A stretch of 64,000 nucleotides of DNA from a virus (lineage: Duplodnaviria > Caudoviricetes), in the IMG/VR virus record IMGVR_UViG_2923519811_000002, positions 43,026-107,025 of that record. One strand, given 5' to 3'. Below are positions 1 through 10,710 of this stretch, in pieces. Made by a program: the position numbers and the translations under genes. Position 1 is the stretch's first letter, and each line of letters begins with the position of its first letter. Under the pieces are notes generated by a model that was not told where the DNA came from, made no database searches, and saw only the letters and a program-made list of their open reading frames with translations.

Positions 1-6
1 GACCCG

Positions 7-675
7 ATGAAGGCAGCCAAGAAGGCAGTAGACGATCGCGTAGAGCGCGAGCGCCAGGAACGTGTCGCCCGCCTGCAGGTGAAAGTGGACGCCATCAAGT
101 CAATGCCTGGCCTGGTCCGTGGCAAGTCCAGCGCCGAGATCAGCGACATGATCGACCGCTGCGGAGAGATCGACACTTCGCACGACTTCTTTGACCTGAC
201 CAAGGAGGCAACCGCTGCGCAGCAGGCTGCCCTGGATGAACTGACCCAAATGCTGACCGACCGCCTCGCTTTCGAGGCCTCGGAAAAGCAGCGTGAGGAG
301 CTGGAGGCACAACAAGCAGAGCTCCAGCGCAAGATGGACGAGCAACGCGCCGAGCTTGAGCGCCAGCGCCAGGAACTGGAGCAGCAACGTCGAGAGCTGG
401 CGGCCGCACGCGAGGCCACGGCGCCGGCCGAGGACGTCGAGAAGATCGAGCTGCTGCAGGAGTCCCCTCCCTGCAAGGGCTTCACCACCGCATCCAGCTG
501 GCGCGCCCGCGTCACCGATAAGTCCGCGCTGATCGCCGCGATCGCTGCCGGCTACGGCACCGAAGATCTGCTGATCATCGACCAGGCCGCACTCGATAGC
601 CTGGCCAACGACAAAGGCCCCAGCCTCCAACTGGCCGGCGTCACCGTCGAGAAGATCCCGGCGAAAGCCGCCTGA
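7..675 (+). CDS. Phage coiled-coil protein (possibly 5'-truncated by the window edge)
   Basis: 222-aa E/Q/R-rich ORF with phage-like codon usage. Confidence 0.7.
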   Translation: MKAAKKAVDDRVERERQERVARLQVKVDAIKSMPGLVRGKSSAEISDMIDRCGEIDTSHDFFDLTKEATAAQQAALDELTQMLTDRLAFEASEKQREELEAQQAELQRKMDEQRAELERQRQELEQQRRELAAAREATAPAEDVEKIELLQESPPCKGFTTASSWRARVTDKSALIAAIAAGYGTEDLLIIDQAALDSLANDKGPSLQLAGVTVEKIPAKAA

Positions 676-755
676 CCCACCCTCCTCCCTCCAAACCATG
701 GCCCTAAGCGGCGCCACACGGTGCCGCTGACGGCCTCCCCATGCCGAGAGAAACC

Positions 756-1406
756 ATGACCGCACTTCAGCTGCTCTACACCTTCGACACCGAAACCACC
801 GGCTTCCCCGACTGGAAATCGCCCAGCGAGGCGCCGCACCAGCCGCACCTGGTGGACATCGCTGCACGCCTCTACACCCCGGAGGGCGGCCTGGTCGACT
901 CCTTTGAGGCCCTCATCAGACCCGATGGCTGGGTGATCCCCGATGCAGCAGCGAACGTGCACGGCATCACCACCGAACGCGCCATGGATGAAGGCATTCC
1001 CGAAGCGGATGCCCTCGAACAGTTCCTGACCTTCCATCTCCGCGCGCAGATGCGGGTCGCGCACAACCTCAGCTTCGACGACCGCATCCTCCGGATCGCG
1101 CTGAAGCGCTACCAGGGTGACGAAGCGGCCGACTCGTTCGCCAATGGCCCCAGCTACTGCACCATGCGCAACAGCACCGACATCGTGCGCATCCCGCCCA
1201 CCCCGGCCATGCGCGCCGCCAAGCGCTTCCACTTCAAGAGCCCGAGCCTGGGTGAGGCCTACACGCATTTCTTCCAGGAGGAGATGACCGGCGCCCACCG
1301 CGCCATGGCGGATGCCGCCGCTTGCGCCCGCGTCTACTTCGCCCTGCAGGGCGTGACGCTGGATGCCCCGCAGGCAGAGGCTCCAGCCCAACCGGTGGAG
1401 GCGTAG
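756..1406 (+). CDS. DnaQ-like DEDDh 3'-5' exonuclease
   Basis: Exo motifs FDTETTG, AHNLSFD, HRAMADA. Confidence 0.9.
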   Translation: MTALQLLYTFDTETTGFPDWKSPSEAPHQPHLVDIAARLYTPEGGLVDSFEALIRPDGWVIPDAAANVHGITTERAMDEGIPEADALEQFLTFHLRAQMRVAHNLSFDDRILRIALKRYQGDEAADSFANGPSYCTMRNSTDIVRIPPTPAMRAAKRFHFKSPSLGEAYTHFFQEEMTGAHRAMADAAACARVYFALQGVTLDAPQAEAPAQPVEA

Positions 1407-1409
1407 GCC

Positions 1410-1868
1410 ATGGCACGCGGTGTCAACAAGGTGATCCTCGTCGGCAACGTCGGCGGCGACCCGGAAGTTCGCTACATGCCGAACGGCAACGCTGTCACCA
1501 CCCTCAACCTCGCCACCGGCGACGTGTGGAAGGACAAGCAGACCGGCCAGCAGAAGGAGCGCACCGAGTGGCACCGCGTGGTGTTCTTCGGCCGCCTCGC
1601 CGAGATCGCTGGCGAATACCTGCGCAAGGGCTCCCAGGTCTACGTCGAAGGCAGCCTGCGCACCCGCAAATGGCAGGGTCAGGACGGCCAGGACCGCTAC
1701 ACCACCGAAGTCGTCGTGGACATCACCGGCCAGATGCAGCTGCTCGGCAGCCGGCCGGAGGGCAGCGAGACGCGGCGCCCGCCGCGTGAACAGACCCGGC
1801 CAACGACCCACCACCCGCAGCAACCGGCGCCGGACTACGACAGCTTCGACGACGACATCCCCTTCTGA
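1410..1868 (+). CDS. ssb: Single-stranded DNA-binding protein
   Basis: [13 protein letters not shown] start and DDDIPF tail. Confidence 0.97.
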   Translation: MARGVNKVILVGNVGGDPEVRYMPNGNAVTTLNLATGDVWKDKQTGQQKERTEWHRVVFFGRLAEIAGEYLRKGSQVYVEGSLRTRKWQGQDGQDRYTTEVVVDITGQMQLLGSRPEGSETRRPPREQTRPTTHHPQQPAPDYDSFDDDIPF

Positions 1869-1889
1869 CGACCCCGGGAGACCCATCCA

Positions 1890-2810
1890 ATGTGGTTTCG
1901 CAACCTGCTGATCTACCGCCTCACCCAAGACGTCCCCTTCGACCCCCAGGCTCTGGAGGCAGCCCTTGCCAGCAAGCCGGCGCGCGCCTGTGAAAGCCAG
2001 GAGTGGACGACCTTCGGCTTCGCGCCGCCCCTGGGAAAGGGCACCGACGCCCTGGTCCAAGCCAGTGCCGGCTTCCTGCTGATCTGCGTCCGGCGAGAAG
2101 AGCGCATCCTGCCCACCTCCGTAATCAACGAGGAGCTGCGCAAGAAGGTCGACGCGATCGAGGAAAGCCAGCAGCGCAAGGTCTACAAAAAGGAACGCGA
2201 CCTGCTGAAGGACGAGATCGTCCAGACCCTGCTGCCCCGTGCCTTCACGCGCAAGTCGGCCACCTACGCGGCGATCGCGCCGGCCGAGGGCCTGGTCCTG
2301 GTGGACCACACCAGCCCGAAGCGGGCCGAGGACCTGCTCTCGACGCTGCGCGAGGCACTCGGCTCCCTTCCCGTCCGCCCGGTGTCCGTGAAGGTGGCGG
2401 CCACCGCCACCCTCACCGACTGGGTGCGCAACCAGAAGGCCGGGACCGACTTCTGGCTCAGCGACGATGCGCTGCTGCGCGACACCGACGAGGTCGGCAG
2501 CATCAACGTCAAGCACCAGGACCTGACCAGCGACGAGATCCAGCTGCACATCTCCTCCGGCAAGGCCGTCACCCGCCTGTCCCTCGCCTGGAAGGACAAG
2601 CTCTCCTTCGTCCTCGATGAGGGCCTGGTCATTCGCAAGCTCCGCTTCGACGACCTCCTGCAGGAGAAGGCACTCGACGACGCGGGCAAGGACGCCGACG
2701 CCCTGTCCCAGCAGATAGCCAGCTTCACGCTGATGATGCTGACCCTCCGCGAATTCATCCCCGCCCTCCTCGACGCCCTGGGCGGTGAGGAAGTGCCCAC
2801 CGGCATCTGA
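1890..2810 (+). CDS. rdgC: Recombination-associated protein RdgC (phage copy)
   Basis: [11 protein letters not shown] start, LLPRAF motif, 306 aa. Confidence 0.95.
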   Translation: MWFRNLLIYRLTQDVPFDPQALEAALASKPARACESQEWTTFGFAPPLGKGTDALVQASAGFLLICVRREERILPTSVINEELRKKVDAIEESQQRKVYKKERDLLKDEIVQTLLPRAFTRKSATYAAIAPAEGLVLVDHTSPKRAEDLLSTLREALGSLPVRPVSVKVAATATLTDWVRNQKAGTDFWLSDDALLRDTDEVGSINVKHQDLTSDEIQLHISSGKAVTRLSLAWKDKLSFVLDEGLVIRKLRFDDLLQEKALDDAGKDADALSQQIASFTLMMLTLREFIPALLDALGGEEVPTGI

Positions 2811-2824
2811 GCCAGGAGCAGACC

Positions 2825-4072
2825 ATGCCCATCATCAACGGCATCATCCACCACATCGACAAGAAGCCCGACGGTAGCCCCTCCGTGCTGCATCTGGCCG
2901 AAACCCCGCTGGGCCCGACTGAAGCCGCCAGCAACCTGCTCACCGACCTGAACGAGGCCTACAACGCCAAGCCCGGCAAGGCCTGGGGTCTGTTCCACGA
3001 GGAGTCCGGCGCCTACCCGCTGAGCAGATGGCTGAAGGAGTACCTGGTCGGTGGCCGTGACTTCACCGAATTCAGCCGCGACGCGGCCGAGCACCTCCAG
3101 CGCCTGCTGGAAGAGGCGAACCTGGCCACCGGCGGCCACCTCTTCATCGCCCACTACCAGCAGGGCATGACCGACTACCTGCAGGTGGCGGTGCTCCGCT
3201 ACACCGAGGCCGTGGCCATCGACGCATCGCTGCAGGCGGTACCCGTGCGCTACCTGGACCTGAGCCAGCTCCACATGGCAGCGCGGATCAACCTGTCGGA
3301 GTGGCGCAACAACCCGAAGTCCCGCCAGTACATCTCCTTCATCAAGGCGAAGACCGGACGCAAGGCCACCGACTACTTCCGCGACTTCATCGGCTGCCAG
3401 GAAGGCGTCGACGCCCCGGGCGAGACCCGCACCCTGCTCAAGGCCTTCAGCGACTTCGTCGAGCAGGGAGACCTGGCCGAAGAACAGGCCCGCGAGAAGA
3501 CCAAGACCCTGGTGGACTACGCCACCACCCAGGCCAAGCTGGGGAGCGCGATCACCTTGGAGGAGCTGTCTGGCCTGATCGACGAGGACCAGCCCCGGGC
3601 CTTCTTCGAGTTCATCCGTAACCGGGACTACGGCCTGTCGCCCGAGATCCCGCCGGACAAGCGCACCCTGAACCAGTTCAAGCGCTTCACCGGCCGCGCC
3701 GAAGGGCTCTCGATCAGCTTCGAGGCGCGCTTGCTGGGCTCGTCGGTGGAGTTCGACCAGGGCCGCGACGTGCTGGTGATCCGCAACCTGCCGACCCAGT
3801 TGAAAACTCAGCTGCGCAAGGCGGCACCTGACGCACAGTCAGAGCAGCACAGCGCCGAATTGGACTCCTACGCAGGCGTAGGTGACGACCCGCTGCTGAA
3901 TGAGGCGATCGACTTCGTCCGCGAGACCCGTCGCGCCTCGATCTCGGCCGTGCAACGCAAGCTCGCCATCGGCTACAACCGAGCGGCACGCCTCATCGAG
4001 GACATGGAACGCCTGAAGGTGATCAGCCCCATAAGAACCGACGGCTTCCGTGAGGTGCTGGCCCATGCATAG
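2825..4072 (+). CDS. YejK/NdpA nucleoid-associated protein fused to a C-terminal FtsK-gamma winged helix
   Basis: [18 protein letters not shown] and YFRDFIGC match YejK; [25 protein letters not shown] matches FtsK gamma. Confidence 0.9.
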   Translation: MPIINGIIHHIDKKPDGSPSVLHLAETPLGPTEAASNLLTDLNEAYNAKPGKAWGLFHEESGAYPLSRWLKEYLVGGRDFTEFSRDAAEHLQRLLEEANLATGGHLFIAHYQQGMTDYLQVAVLRYTEAVAIDASLQAVPVRYLDLSQLHMAARINLSEWRNNPKSRQYISFIKAKTGRKATDYFRDFIGCQEGVDAPGETRTLLKAFSDFVEQGDLAEEQAREKTKTLVDYATTQAKLGSAITLEELSGLIDEDQPRAFFEFIRNRDYGLSPEIPPDKRTLNQFKRFTGRAEGLSISFEARLLGSSVEFDQGRDVLVIRNLPTQLKTQLRKAAPDAQSEQHSAELDSYAGVGDDPLLNEAIDFVRETRRASISAVQRKLAIGYNRAARLIEDMERLKVISPIRTDGFREVLAHA

Positions 4073-4280
4073 CCGCCATTGCCAACCTGCCCCGCTGAGC
4101 GTGGACCCGATCAAGCACCCTCGGCGTGCCGCCGAACAGCACGAGCGCCAGCAGGCCGAGCGCGCACAGGCCCTGTTCAACGCTCGCCTCGCACCTGAGC
4201 AGATCCGCCGGCGCCTGCGCATGGGGCCGGTGACCTTCGAGCAGTTCGTGGCCCGCAACGGGCTCCGCGCCAAGGCGTGA
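4065..4280 (+). CDS. Small hypothetical phage protein
   Basis: ATG overlaps the end of the upstream gene; 71 aa. Confidence 0.6.
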   Translation: MHSRHCQPAPLSVDPIKHPRRAAEQHERQQAERAQALFNARLAPEQIRRRLRMGPVTFEQFVARNGLRAKA

Positions 4281-4388
4281 ACGCTCCCGCATGACCCTGG
4301 CCGCCCATGCGGCGGCCTCCTCCCTTCCTTTATCGCGCCGCGTCGGCGGCTCTGGCGTGCGTGCACGCCCATGAGACTGGGGACCCCC

Positions 4389-6938
4389 ATGAACTACAAC
4401 GACTTCCTGAAGCGCAAGGTATGCGTAGCCCCTTCGCTTGGCTTCGAGGTCGACCAGGCCCTGGTCAACCCTCGCATGAAGCCGCACTGCCAGGCGATCG
4501 TGCCCTGGCTCCTGGCTGGCGGGCGGCGCGCGCTGTTCGCGTCCTTCGGCCTGCACAAGACGGTGATCCAGCTCGAAGCGGTTCGCCTGGCGGCCGAGCA
4601 CGCTGGAGGCCGCGGCCTGATCACCATCCCTCTCGGCGTGCGCCAGGAATTCCGCCGCGACGCTGTCGAGCGCCTGGGATGGGCAGAGCCGCCGCGCTTT
4701 ATCCGCAGCATCGAGGAAGCCGACGCCACCGGCGTCTACCTGACCAACTACGAGACCGTGCGCGACGGCAAGCTGGACCCCCGCCACTTCGTGGCCACCA
4801 GCCTTGACGAAGCGGATTGCCTGCGCGGCTTCGGCGGCAGCAAGACGTTCCGCGAGTTCATGCGCCTGTTCGCTGGCGACGATCGCCAGGCAGGCGTTCG
4901 CACCGAGGGCGTCCGGTACCGGTTCGTGGCCACCGCCACGCCGTCACCCAACGACTACATCGAGCTACTTGCCTATGCCGCCTACCTGGGCGTGATGGAC
5001 GTCGGCGCCGCCAAGACTCGCTTCTTCAAGCGCAACAGCGAGAAGGCCGACCAGCTCACCATCCACCCGCACAAGGAGGAGGAGTTCTGGCTGTGGGTCG
5101 CCAGCTGGGCGCTGTTCATCCAGAAGCCCAGCGATCTCGGTTTCAGCGATGACGGGTACCAGTTGCCGGAGCTGGACCTGCACTGGCACGAGCTGCCCAG
5201 TGATCACAGCCAGGCCGGTACCGAGAAGGATGGCCAGGGGCGCCTGTTCCGCAACGCGGCGATCGGCGTACAGGACGCATCCAAGGTGAAGCGCGACAGC
5301 CTGCCGGATCGAATCGAGCGCCTGCAGCAGATCCGCGCCGAGGCGCCGGCCGCCCACCGGATCATCTGGCACGACCTTGAAGCAGAGCGCCACGCCATCG
5401 AGGCCGCGATCCCGGGCGTCGTCAGCGTCTACGGCTCCCAGGTCCTGGACGAGCGCGAGCAGCTGATCGTCGACTTCAGCGACGGAAAATTCCCCGAGCT
5501 GGCCGCCAAGCCCGTCATCGCCGGCGCCGGCTGCAACTTCCAGCGGCACTGCCACCAGGCCGTCTTCCTCGGCATCGGCTTCAAGTTCCGCGACTTCATC
5601 CAGGCCGTGCACCGTATCCAGCGGTTCGGCCAGCAGCACCGCGTGCGCATCGACCTCATCTACACCGAGGCCGAGCGCGACATCCGCCGCCAGCTCGAAC
5701 GCAAGTGGCAGCAGCACAACCTGCAGGCAGAACGTATGACCAAGATCATCCGCGACTTCGGCCTGGCGCATGCCGCCATGGCCCAGCAGTTGGCCCGCTC
5801 TCTCGGCGTCGAGCGCGTCGAGGCGAAGGGCGAGCACTACACCGTGGTGAACAACGACTGTGTGCTGGAGACCCAGCGCATGCAGAGCGACAGCGTGCAC
5901 CTGGTCCTGACCAGCATCCCCTTCGGCAACCAGTACGAGTACTCGCCCAGCTACAACGACTTCGGCCACACCGACGACAGCGAGCACTTCTGGTCCCAGA
6001 TGGACTACCTGATCCCCGAGCTGTACCGAGTACTTCAACCCGGGCGCGTCGCCGCGATCCACGTGAAGGACAGGATCACCCCCAGCGGGATCTCGGGCAT
6101 GGGCTTCCAGGTGGTGCAGCCCTTCAGCGATGAGTGCGTGGCCGCCTTCCGCAAGCACGGCTTCGGCTTCCTGGCACGCAAGACCATCGTCACCGACGTG
6201 GTGCGCGAGAACGCGCAGACCTATCGCCTGGGCTGGACCGAGCAGTGCAAGGACGGCAGCCGCCAGGGCGCGGGCATGCCGGAGTACCTGCTGATCTTCC
6301 GCAAGCCCCCGACCGACCGCAGCAACGGCTACGCCGACGTGCCCGTGGTGAAGAGCAAGGAGGCGTATACGCGCCCGCGCTGGCAGTTCGACGCCCACGG
6401 GTTCACCCGCTCCAGCGGCAACCGCCCGCTGATGCCGCAGGATCTCGACGGCCTGGACCAGGCCGCGATCTTCCAGCGCTTCAAGGCCCACAGCCTGCAG
6501 GAGGTCTACGACTTCCGCCACGACGTGACCATCGCCGAGCACGTGGCCGACTCCGGCTGGCTGCCCAGCAGCTTCATGCTCCTGCAACCGCAGAGCTGGC
6601 ATCCCGATGTCTGGACCGACATCACTCGAATGCTGACGCTGAACAGCACTCAGGCCGCCAAGGGCCGCGAGCAGCACATCTGCCCGCTCCAGTTCGACAT
6701 CGTCGACCGCGCGATCGAGCAGTACACGATGCGCGGCGAAGTGGTCTACGACCCCTTCGGCGGCATCGGCACCACCCCCTACCGCGCCGTAAAGCTCGGC
6801 CGCTATGGCCGCGCCTGCGAGCTGTCCCCGGCCTACTTCCTGGACATGGCGGCCTACTGCGCCGCGATCTCTCGGGAAATGGCCATGCCTGACCTCTTCT
6901 CTTTCCTCGACGCTGAGCAGAAGGAATCCGCTGCATGA
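4389..6938 (+). CDS. SF2/SNF2-like helicase fused to an N4/N6 DNA methyltransferase
   Basis: GLHKT, LDEAD, ATATPSPND, QAVHRIQRFGQ; then TSIPF (motif IV) and YDPFGGIGTT (motif I). Confidence 0.9.
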   Translation: MNYNDFLKRKVCVAPSLGFEVDQALVNPRMKPHCQAIVPWLLAGGRRALFASFGLHKTVIQLEAVRLAAEHAGGRGLITIPLGVRQEFRRDAVERLGWAEPPRFIRSIEEADATGVYLTNYETVRDGKLDPRHFVATSLDEADCLRGFGGSKTFREFMRLFAGDDRQAGVRTEGVRYRFVATATPSPNDYIELLAYAAYLGVMDVGAAKTRFFKRNSEKADQLTIHPHKEEEFWLWVASWALFIQKPSDLGFSDDGYQLPELDLHWHELPSDHSQAGTEKDGQGRLFRNAAIGVQDASKVKRDSLPDRIERLQQIRAEAPAAHRIIWHDLEAERHAIEAAIPGVVSVYGSQVLDEREQLIVDFSDGKFPELAAKPVIAGAGCNFQRHCHQAVFLGIGFKFRDFIQAVHRIQRFGQQHRVRIDLIYTEAERDIRRQLERKWQQHNLQAERMTKIIRDFGLAHAAMAQQLARSLGVERVEAKGEHYTVVNNDCVLETQRMQSDSVHLVLTSIPFGNQYEYSPSYNDFGHTDDSEHFWSQMDYLIPELYRVLQPGRVAAIHVKDRITPSGISGMGFQVVQPFSDECVAAFRKHGFGFLARKTIVTDVVRENAQTYRLGWTEQCKDGSRQGAGMPEYLLIFRKPPTDRSNGYADVPVVKSKEAYTRPRWQFDAHGFTRSSGNRPLMPQDLDGLDQAAIFQRFKAHSLQEVYDFRHDVTIAEHVADSGWLPSSFMLLQPQSWHPDVWTDITRMLTLNSTQAAKGREQHICPLQFDIVDRAIEQYTMRGEVVYDPFGGIGTTPYRAVKLGRYGRACELSPAYFLDMAAYCAAISREMAMPDLFSFLDAEQKESAA

Positions 6939-8851
6939 TCAAGCGCACCCTCTACCACTTCCACTTCTGCTGCGGCCTGGGCGGCGGCGCCAAAGGGTTC
7001 AACCGCGCCAAGCCTGTCGTGGGCAACCTGCAGGCGAACTGGGAATGCCTGGGCGGAATCGACGTCGACCTCGCTGGACTGCGCGACTTCGAGCGGCTGG
7101 CCGGCGTGCCCGGGACGCTGATGGACCTCTTCACCCGCGACCAGTATGTGCGGTTCCACGGGAATGAGCCGCCGCCCGGCTGGCGCGAAGCGACGCCTGA
7201 CGACATCCGCCGGGCCGCGCGTGGCCGCCGCCCTGACGCGGTCTTCATCTCCAGCCCCTGCAAGGGCGCCAGCGGGCTGCTGTCGGAGAAGATGAGCCTG
7301 ACACCTCGCTACCAGGCGTTGAACGAGCTGACGCTGCGATGCGTCTGGCTGATGGGCGAGGCCTGGGCGGATGATCCGGTGCCGCTGATCGTGTTCGAGA
7401 ACGTCCCGCGCCTGGCCACCCGTGGCCGACACCTGCTGGACCAGATCAACAGCCTGCTGGGCGGGTTCGGCTACGCCGTGGCCGAGACCACCCACGACTG
7501 CGGCGAGTTGGGCGGCCTGGCACAGTCCCGGAAAAGGTTCCTGCTGGTGGCACGCCACGTCGAGAAGGTCCCGCCCTTCCTCTACGAGCCGCAGAAGAAG
7601 AGCCTGCGCGCCGTGGGCGACATCCTCGGCCGCATGCCTCTGGCGGGTGACATCGCCGCGGCCGGGCCGATGCATCGCGTTCCGTCGCTCCAGTGGAAGA
7701 CCTGGGTGCGCCTTGCTCTGGTGCGCGCCGGCAGCGACTGGCGCAGCCTCAACGAGCTGGCGATCGAGGATGGCTACCTGCGCGACCTGGTGATTGTGCC
7801 GGAGTACCGCAGCGGCTACATGGGCGTGCATGGCTGGGATGACAGCATGGGCACCATTGCCGGCCGCAGCAGCCCTACCAATGGGGCGTTTTCCGTTGCA
7901 GATCCGCGCTACGAGGCGTCGGCCCGCTGGAACTACGGCCAGCAGTACGGCGTTCTGAACTGGCGCGAGACCTCCGGCACCATCACCGGGCAGAAGTCGC
8001 CTGGGCAAGGGAAGTTCGCGGTGGCCGACCCGCGCGGCCAGAGCTTCGGGAAGTACCCGGTCACCGAGTGGAACGACCACGCCGGCACCGTCATCGCTGC
8101 CAGCACCACTGGGCAAGGCGCCTTTGCTGTCGCAGATCCGCGCCCTACCGGGGTGCGCCACAACAACGTGTTCCGCGTCGTCAGCATGGACCAGCACGCG
8201 GGCACGGTCACCAGCGGACACGGCCCCAGCTCGGGCGGCCAGGCGGTGGCCGATCCCCGGTACCACAACTGGCACCCCGGCGCGTCGAGCCGGAAGCTGA
8301 ACGTGGTGCCGTGGACTGGCACCGCCGGTACCGTCACCGGCTCCCAGCAGGTGGCCAGCGGTGCGCTGTCGATCGCTGACCCGCGTGCACTGCATCGCAA
8401 GGAGGGCGACGCCTGGGTCGGGGGAGGCCATTACGGCGTGGTGGGCTTCGACCAGTCGGCCGGCGCCGTCTCCGCCAGCGCGCGCTACGACAATGGCCGC
8501 TGGAGCGTTGCTGATCCGCGCATGCCGGCGGCGGACGAGCGCCTGACCTGCATCATCCAGTCGCTCGACGGCACCTGGCACCGCCCCTTCACCACCCTGG
8601 AGCTGGCCGCCCTGCAGAGCCTGGTGGACCCCGAGGAGCAACTGGTCCTGGACGGGCTCAGCGACAGCGACTGGCGCGAGCGCATCGGCAACGCCGTTCC
8701 GCCGGCGGCGGCCGAGGCGATCGCCCACGTCATGGGGACCACCCTGCTGCTGGCCGAGCTGGGCGAGACGTTCATGCTCAGCAGCATGCCGATCTGGGTG
8801 CGGCCGGTGGCCGTCGGTCTGAGCGTCGCCTCGCAGGACTCGACGCTGTGA
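6935..8851 (+). CDS. DNA cytosine-5 methyltransferase with a repeat-expanded variable region
   Basis: FCCGLGG, SPCKG, ENV, QSRKR, IGNAV motifs. Confidence 0.93.
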   Translation: MIKRTLYHFHFCCGLGGGAKGFNRAKPVVGNLQANWECLGGIDVDLAGLRDFERLAGVPGTLMDLFTRDQYVRFHGNEPPPGWREATPDDIRRAARGRRPDAVFISSPCKGASGLLSEKMSLTPRYQALNELTLRCVWLMGEAWADDPVPLIVFENVPRLATRGRHLLDQINSLLGGFGYAVAETTHDCGELGGLAQSRKRFLLVARHVEKVPPFLYEPQKKSLRAVGDILGRMPLAGDIAAAGPMHRVPSLQWKTWVRLALVRAGSDWRSLNELAIEDGYLRDLVIVPEYRSGYMGVHGWDDSMGTIAGRSSPTNGAFSVADPRYEASARWNYGQQYGVLNWRETSGTITGQKSPGQGKFAVADPRGQSFGKYPVTEWNDHAGTVIAASTTGQGAFAVADPRPTGVRHNNVFRVVSMDQHAGTVTSGHGPSSGGQAVADPRYHNWHPGASSRKLNVVPWTGTAGTVTGSQQVASGALSIADPRALHRKEGDAWVGGGHYGVVGFDQSAGAVSASARYDNGRWSVADPRMPAADERLTCIIQSLDGTWHRPFTTLELAALQSLVDPEEQLVLDGLSDSDWRERIGNAVPPAAAEAIAHVMGTTLLLAELGETFMLSSMPIWVRPVAVGLSVASQDSTL

Positions 8852-9081
8852 GCTGGTACGAGAGAGCCTGGCAGCACATGCACCAGGTGCACCAGCAGGC
8901 CCTGGCCGAAGGCTTGGATGCCATCGCCAGGGCCAGGGCCATCGACGACAGCTACCCGTGGCAGAAGCGCTCAGGCTGGCCCTACAAGGCCTGGCTGAGG
9001 GCTCGCCGCGATTTCTTCCCCCGCCACCAACTGCCGACGCCCCGGGCAACGCGCCCAGGGCCTGACCTCTTTTCGGAGTGA
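8848..9081 (+). CDS. Hypothetical phage protein
   Basis: GTGA overlap with the MTase stop; YPW...WPYKAWL motif. Confidence 0.7.
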   Translation: MSWYERAWQHMHQVHQQALAEGLDAIARARAIDDSYPWQKRSGWPYKAWLRARRDFFPRHQLPTPRATRPGPDLFSE

Positions 9082-9084
9082 GAA

Positions 9085-9474
9085 ATGAGCCGCACGCCTG
9101 ACATTCTCGAAATTGCCGGGGTTCAGGCCTCGGCCTGCCCCACCCCCGAATTCCGCTTCTTCATCTACGACCCCTCGGGCTACGACTTCATCTACTTCCG
9201 GAGCCCCGAGGACCGAGCCACCGCAATCCGTACCATCATCGGCAGCTACAGCGCCGATGATGGCTGGGACGATGAGGTGGAGAACGTCTTTGCCGGAGAG
9301 ATAACGCATACCTGCGAGAAGACTGCCCTTCAGTTGCGCCCCGACCAGGTAGATGAGGACGGCCTCGACGAAGAGGGCAACTACTGGGCCGAGAGCTGGG
9401 CCTATCGATGCGACTATGACTTGTTCGACCTGCTGCCGCAGCAGGCGAAGGATGGTAGCGAGGTGCAGCCATGA
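9085..9474 (+). CDS. Acidic hypothetical phage protein
   Basis: Operon packing, 129 aa. Confidence 0.7.
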   Translation: MSRTPDILEIAGVQASACPTPEFRFFIYDPSGYDFIYFRSPEDRATAIRTIIGSYSADDGWDDEVENVFAGEITHTCEKTALQLRPDQVDEDGLDEEGNYWAESWAYRCDYDLFDLLPQQAKDGSEVQP

Positions 9475-9827
9475 AAATGGCCAAGGCAAGCGAGAGCGAC
9501 ATTGAAGCCGCAGGCGAACTGCTGCAGCTGCTCGACGTAATTGACCGGCGCTGGGGTGGCCCCTGCCCCATTGACGCTCCTGACAACCTCTTCGAGTTCC
9601 TGGGATACAGCGACTTCGACGCTGATGATCCTGAGCACCTGCAGGTGCTCTACAACCACTTAGCCCGGCTGCTTTGCCGGGCTCCGAATTTTCACGGACG
9701 AATCATCGGCGGCATGTGCTACGTCATCCACAACCCGTGCAACGAGATCATCGATCCGGATCTCGACTACCTGGAGCTGCACCCAGTGCTCCGGGGGCTA
9801 CTGAACAACCTTGCCCCAACGCCCTGA
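9471..9827 (+). CDS. Hypothetical phage protein
   Basis: ATGA overlap, 118 aa. Confidence 0.7.
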   Translation: MKMAKASESDIEAAGELLQLLDVIDRRWGGPCPIDAPDNLFEFLGYSDFDADDPEHLQVLYNHLARLLCRAPNFHGRIIGGMCYVIHNPCNEIIDPDLDYLELHPVLRGLLNNLAPTP

Positions 9828-9952
9828 AAGCTCCCGCCTCCTGCAGCAATGTCGGCCACGGCGGGCCGCCCGCTCCGCGACAACTTCCATCCCATGCCAA
9901 TCCGCCACACCGGGCAGAACGTCCGGGGCGGACCTATTCCGGAGAACGATGA

Positions 9953-10357
9953 ATGAAAACCGCAACCCTGGACGAGTACCGCGACCTGATGAAGGCGCAG
10001 GGTGTTCCGCGCGAACACACGGCATTCCGCTGCCCGATGTGCAGCACGGTCCAGTCCGCTGCCGATCTGCTTGCAGCCGGTGCGGGCGACAATCTCGCAG
10101 CTGTCGAGCCCTACCTGGCCTTCTCCTGCGTAGGCCGCTTCACCGGCGCCGGCAGCCCCTCGGCGATGAAGGGCCTGGGCAAGGGCTGCAACTGGACTCT
10201 CGGGGGTCTCTTCCAGACGCACCAGTTTGAGGTCGTGACGGACGACGGCCGGCACCACCCCATGTTCGAGCCGGTCACCGCTGCAGAAGCGCAGGCCCAC
10301 ATGGAAGCGAAGGGGCTGACCGAGGGCGTCGACAGCGAGGGCGGCAGCTGTGACTAA
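9953..10357 (+). CDS. VVA0879-like Cys-rich phage protein
   Basis: FRCPMC...CVGRF...GCNWTLGGLF pattern; GGAG RBS. Confidence 0.75.
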   Translation: MKTATLDEYRDLMKAQGVPREHTAFRCPMCSTVQSAADLLAAGAGDNLAAVEPYLAFSCVGRFTGAGSPSAMKGLGKGCNWTLGGLFQTHQFEVVTDDGRHHPMFEPVTAAEAQAHMEAKGLTEGVDSEGGSCD

Positions 10358-10562
10358 GTCCGGAATCACATACTACCCCCGCCGGGCGCGCTGCCAGAAC
10401 TGCACGGAATGCCACAACGACTGCAGCGCGCTGCCCTTCAGCACCATGCCGGTCTACCGGCAGGATGGAACCGATACCATCGTGACCTGCACCGAGTTCC
10501 GCCAGGCCAACTACTGCGGATCTCTCCGCAGCGACGTACGGCGAGGCGGCCAGCACCAATGA
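10350..10562 (+). CDS. Small Cys-rich hypothetical protein
   Basis: CxxC..C..C pattern; overlaps upstream gene. Confidence 0.6.
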   Translation: MTKSGITYYPRRARCQNCTECHNDCSALPFSTMPVYRQDGTDTIVTCTEFRQANYCGSLRSDVRRGGQHQ

Positions 10563-10654
10563 ACGCCCCGATCTACTGCCGCTCCACCGGCCTGCGGGTT
10601 GGCACCTGCACCTGCCTCCGCTGTCGCCCGCCGGCTCCTGCGCCGGCCCAGTAA
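10559..10654 (+). CDS. 31-aa Cys-rich peptide
   Basis: ATGA overlap; MNAPIYCRSTGLRVGTCTCLRC. Confidence 0.5.
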   Translation: MNAPIYCRSTGLRVGTCTCLRCRPPAPAPAQ

Positions 10655-10710
10655 CACCGATCCCCTACCCCCATCACCTGACTCTGCGCACTGCGCCGGA
10701 GGGAACAACC

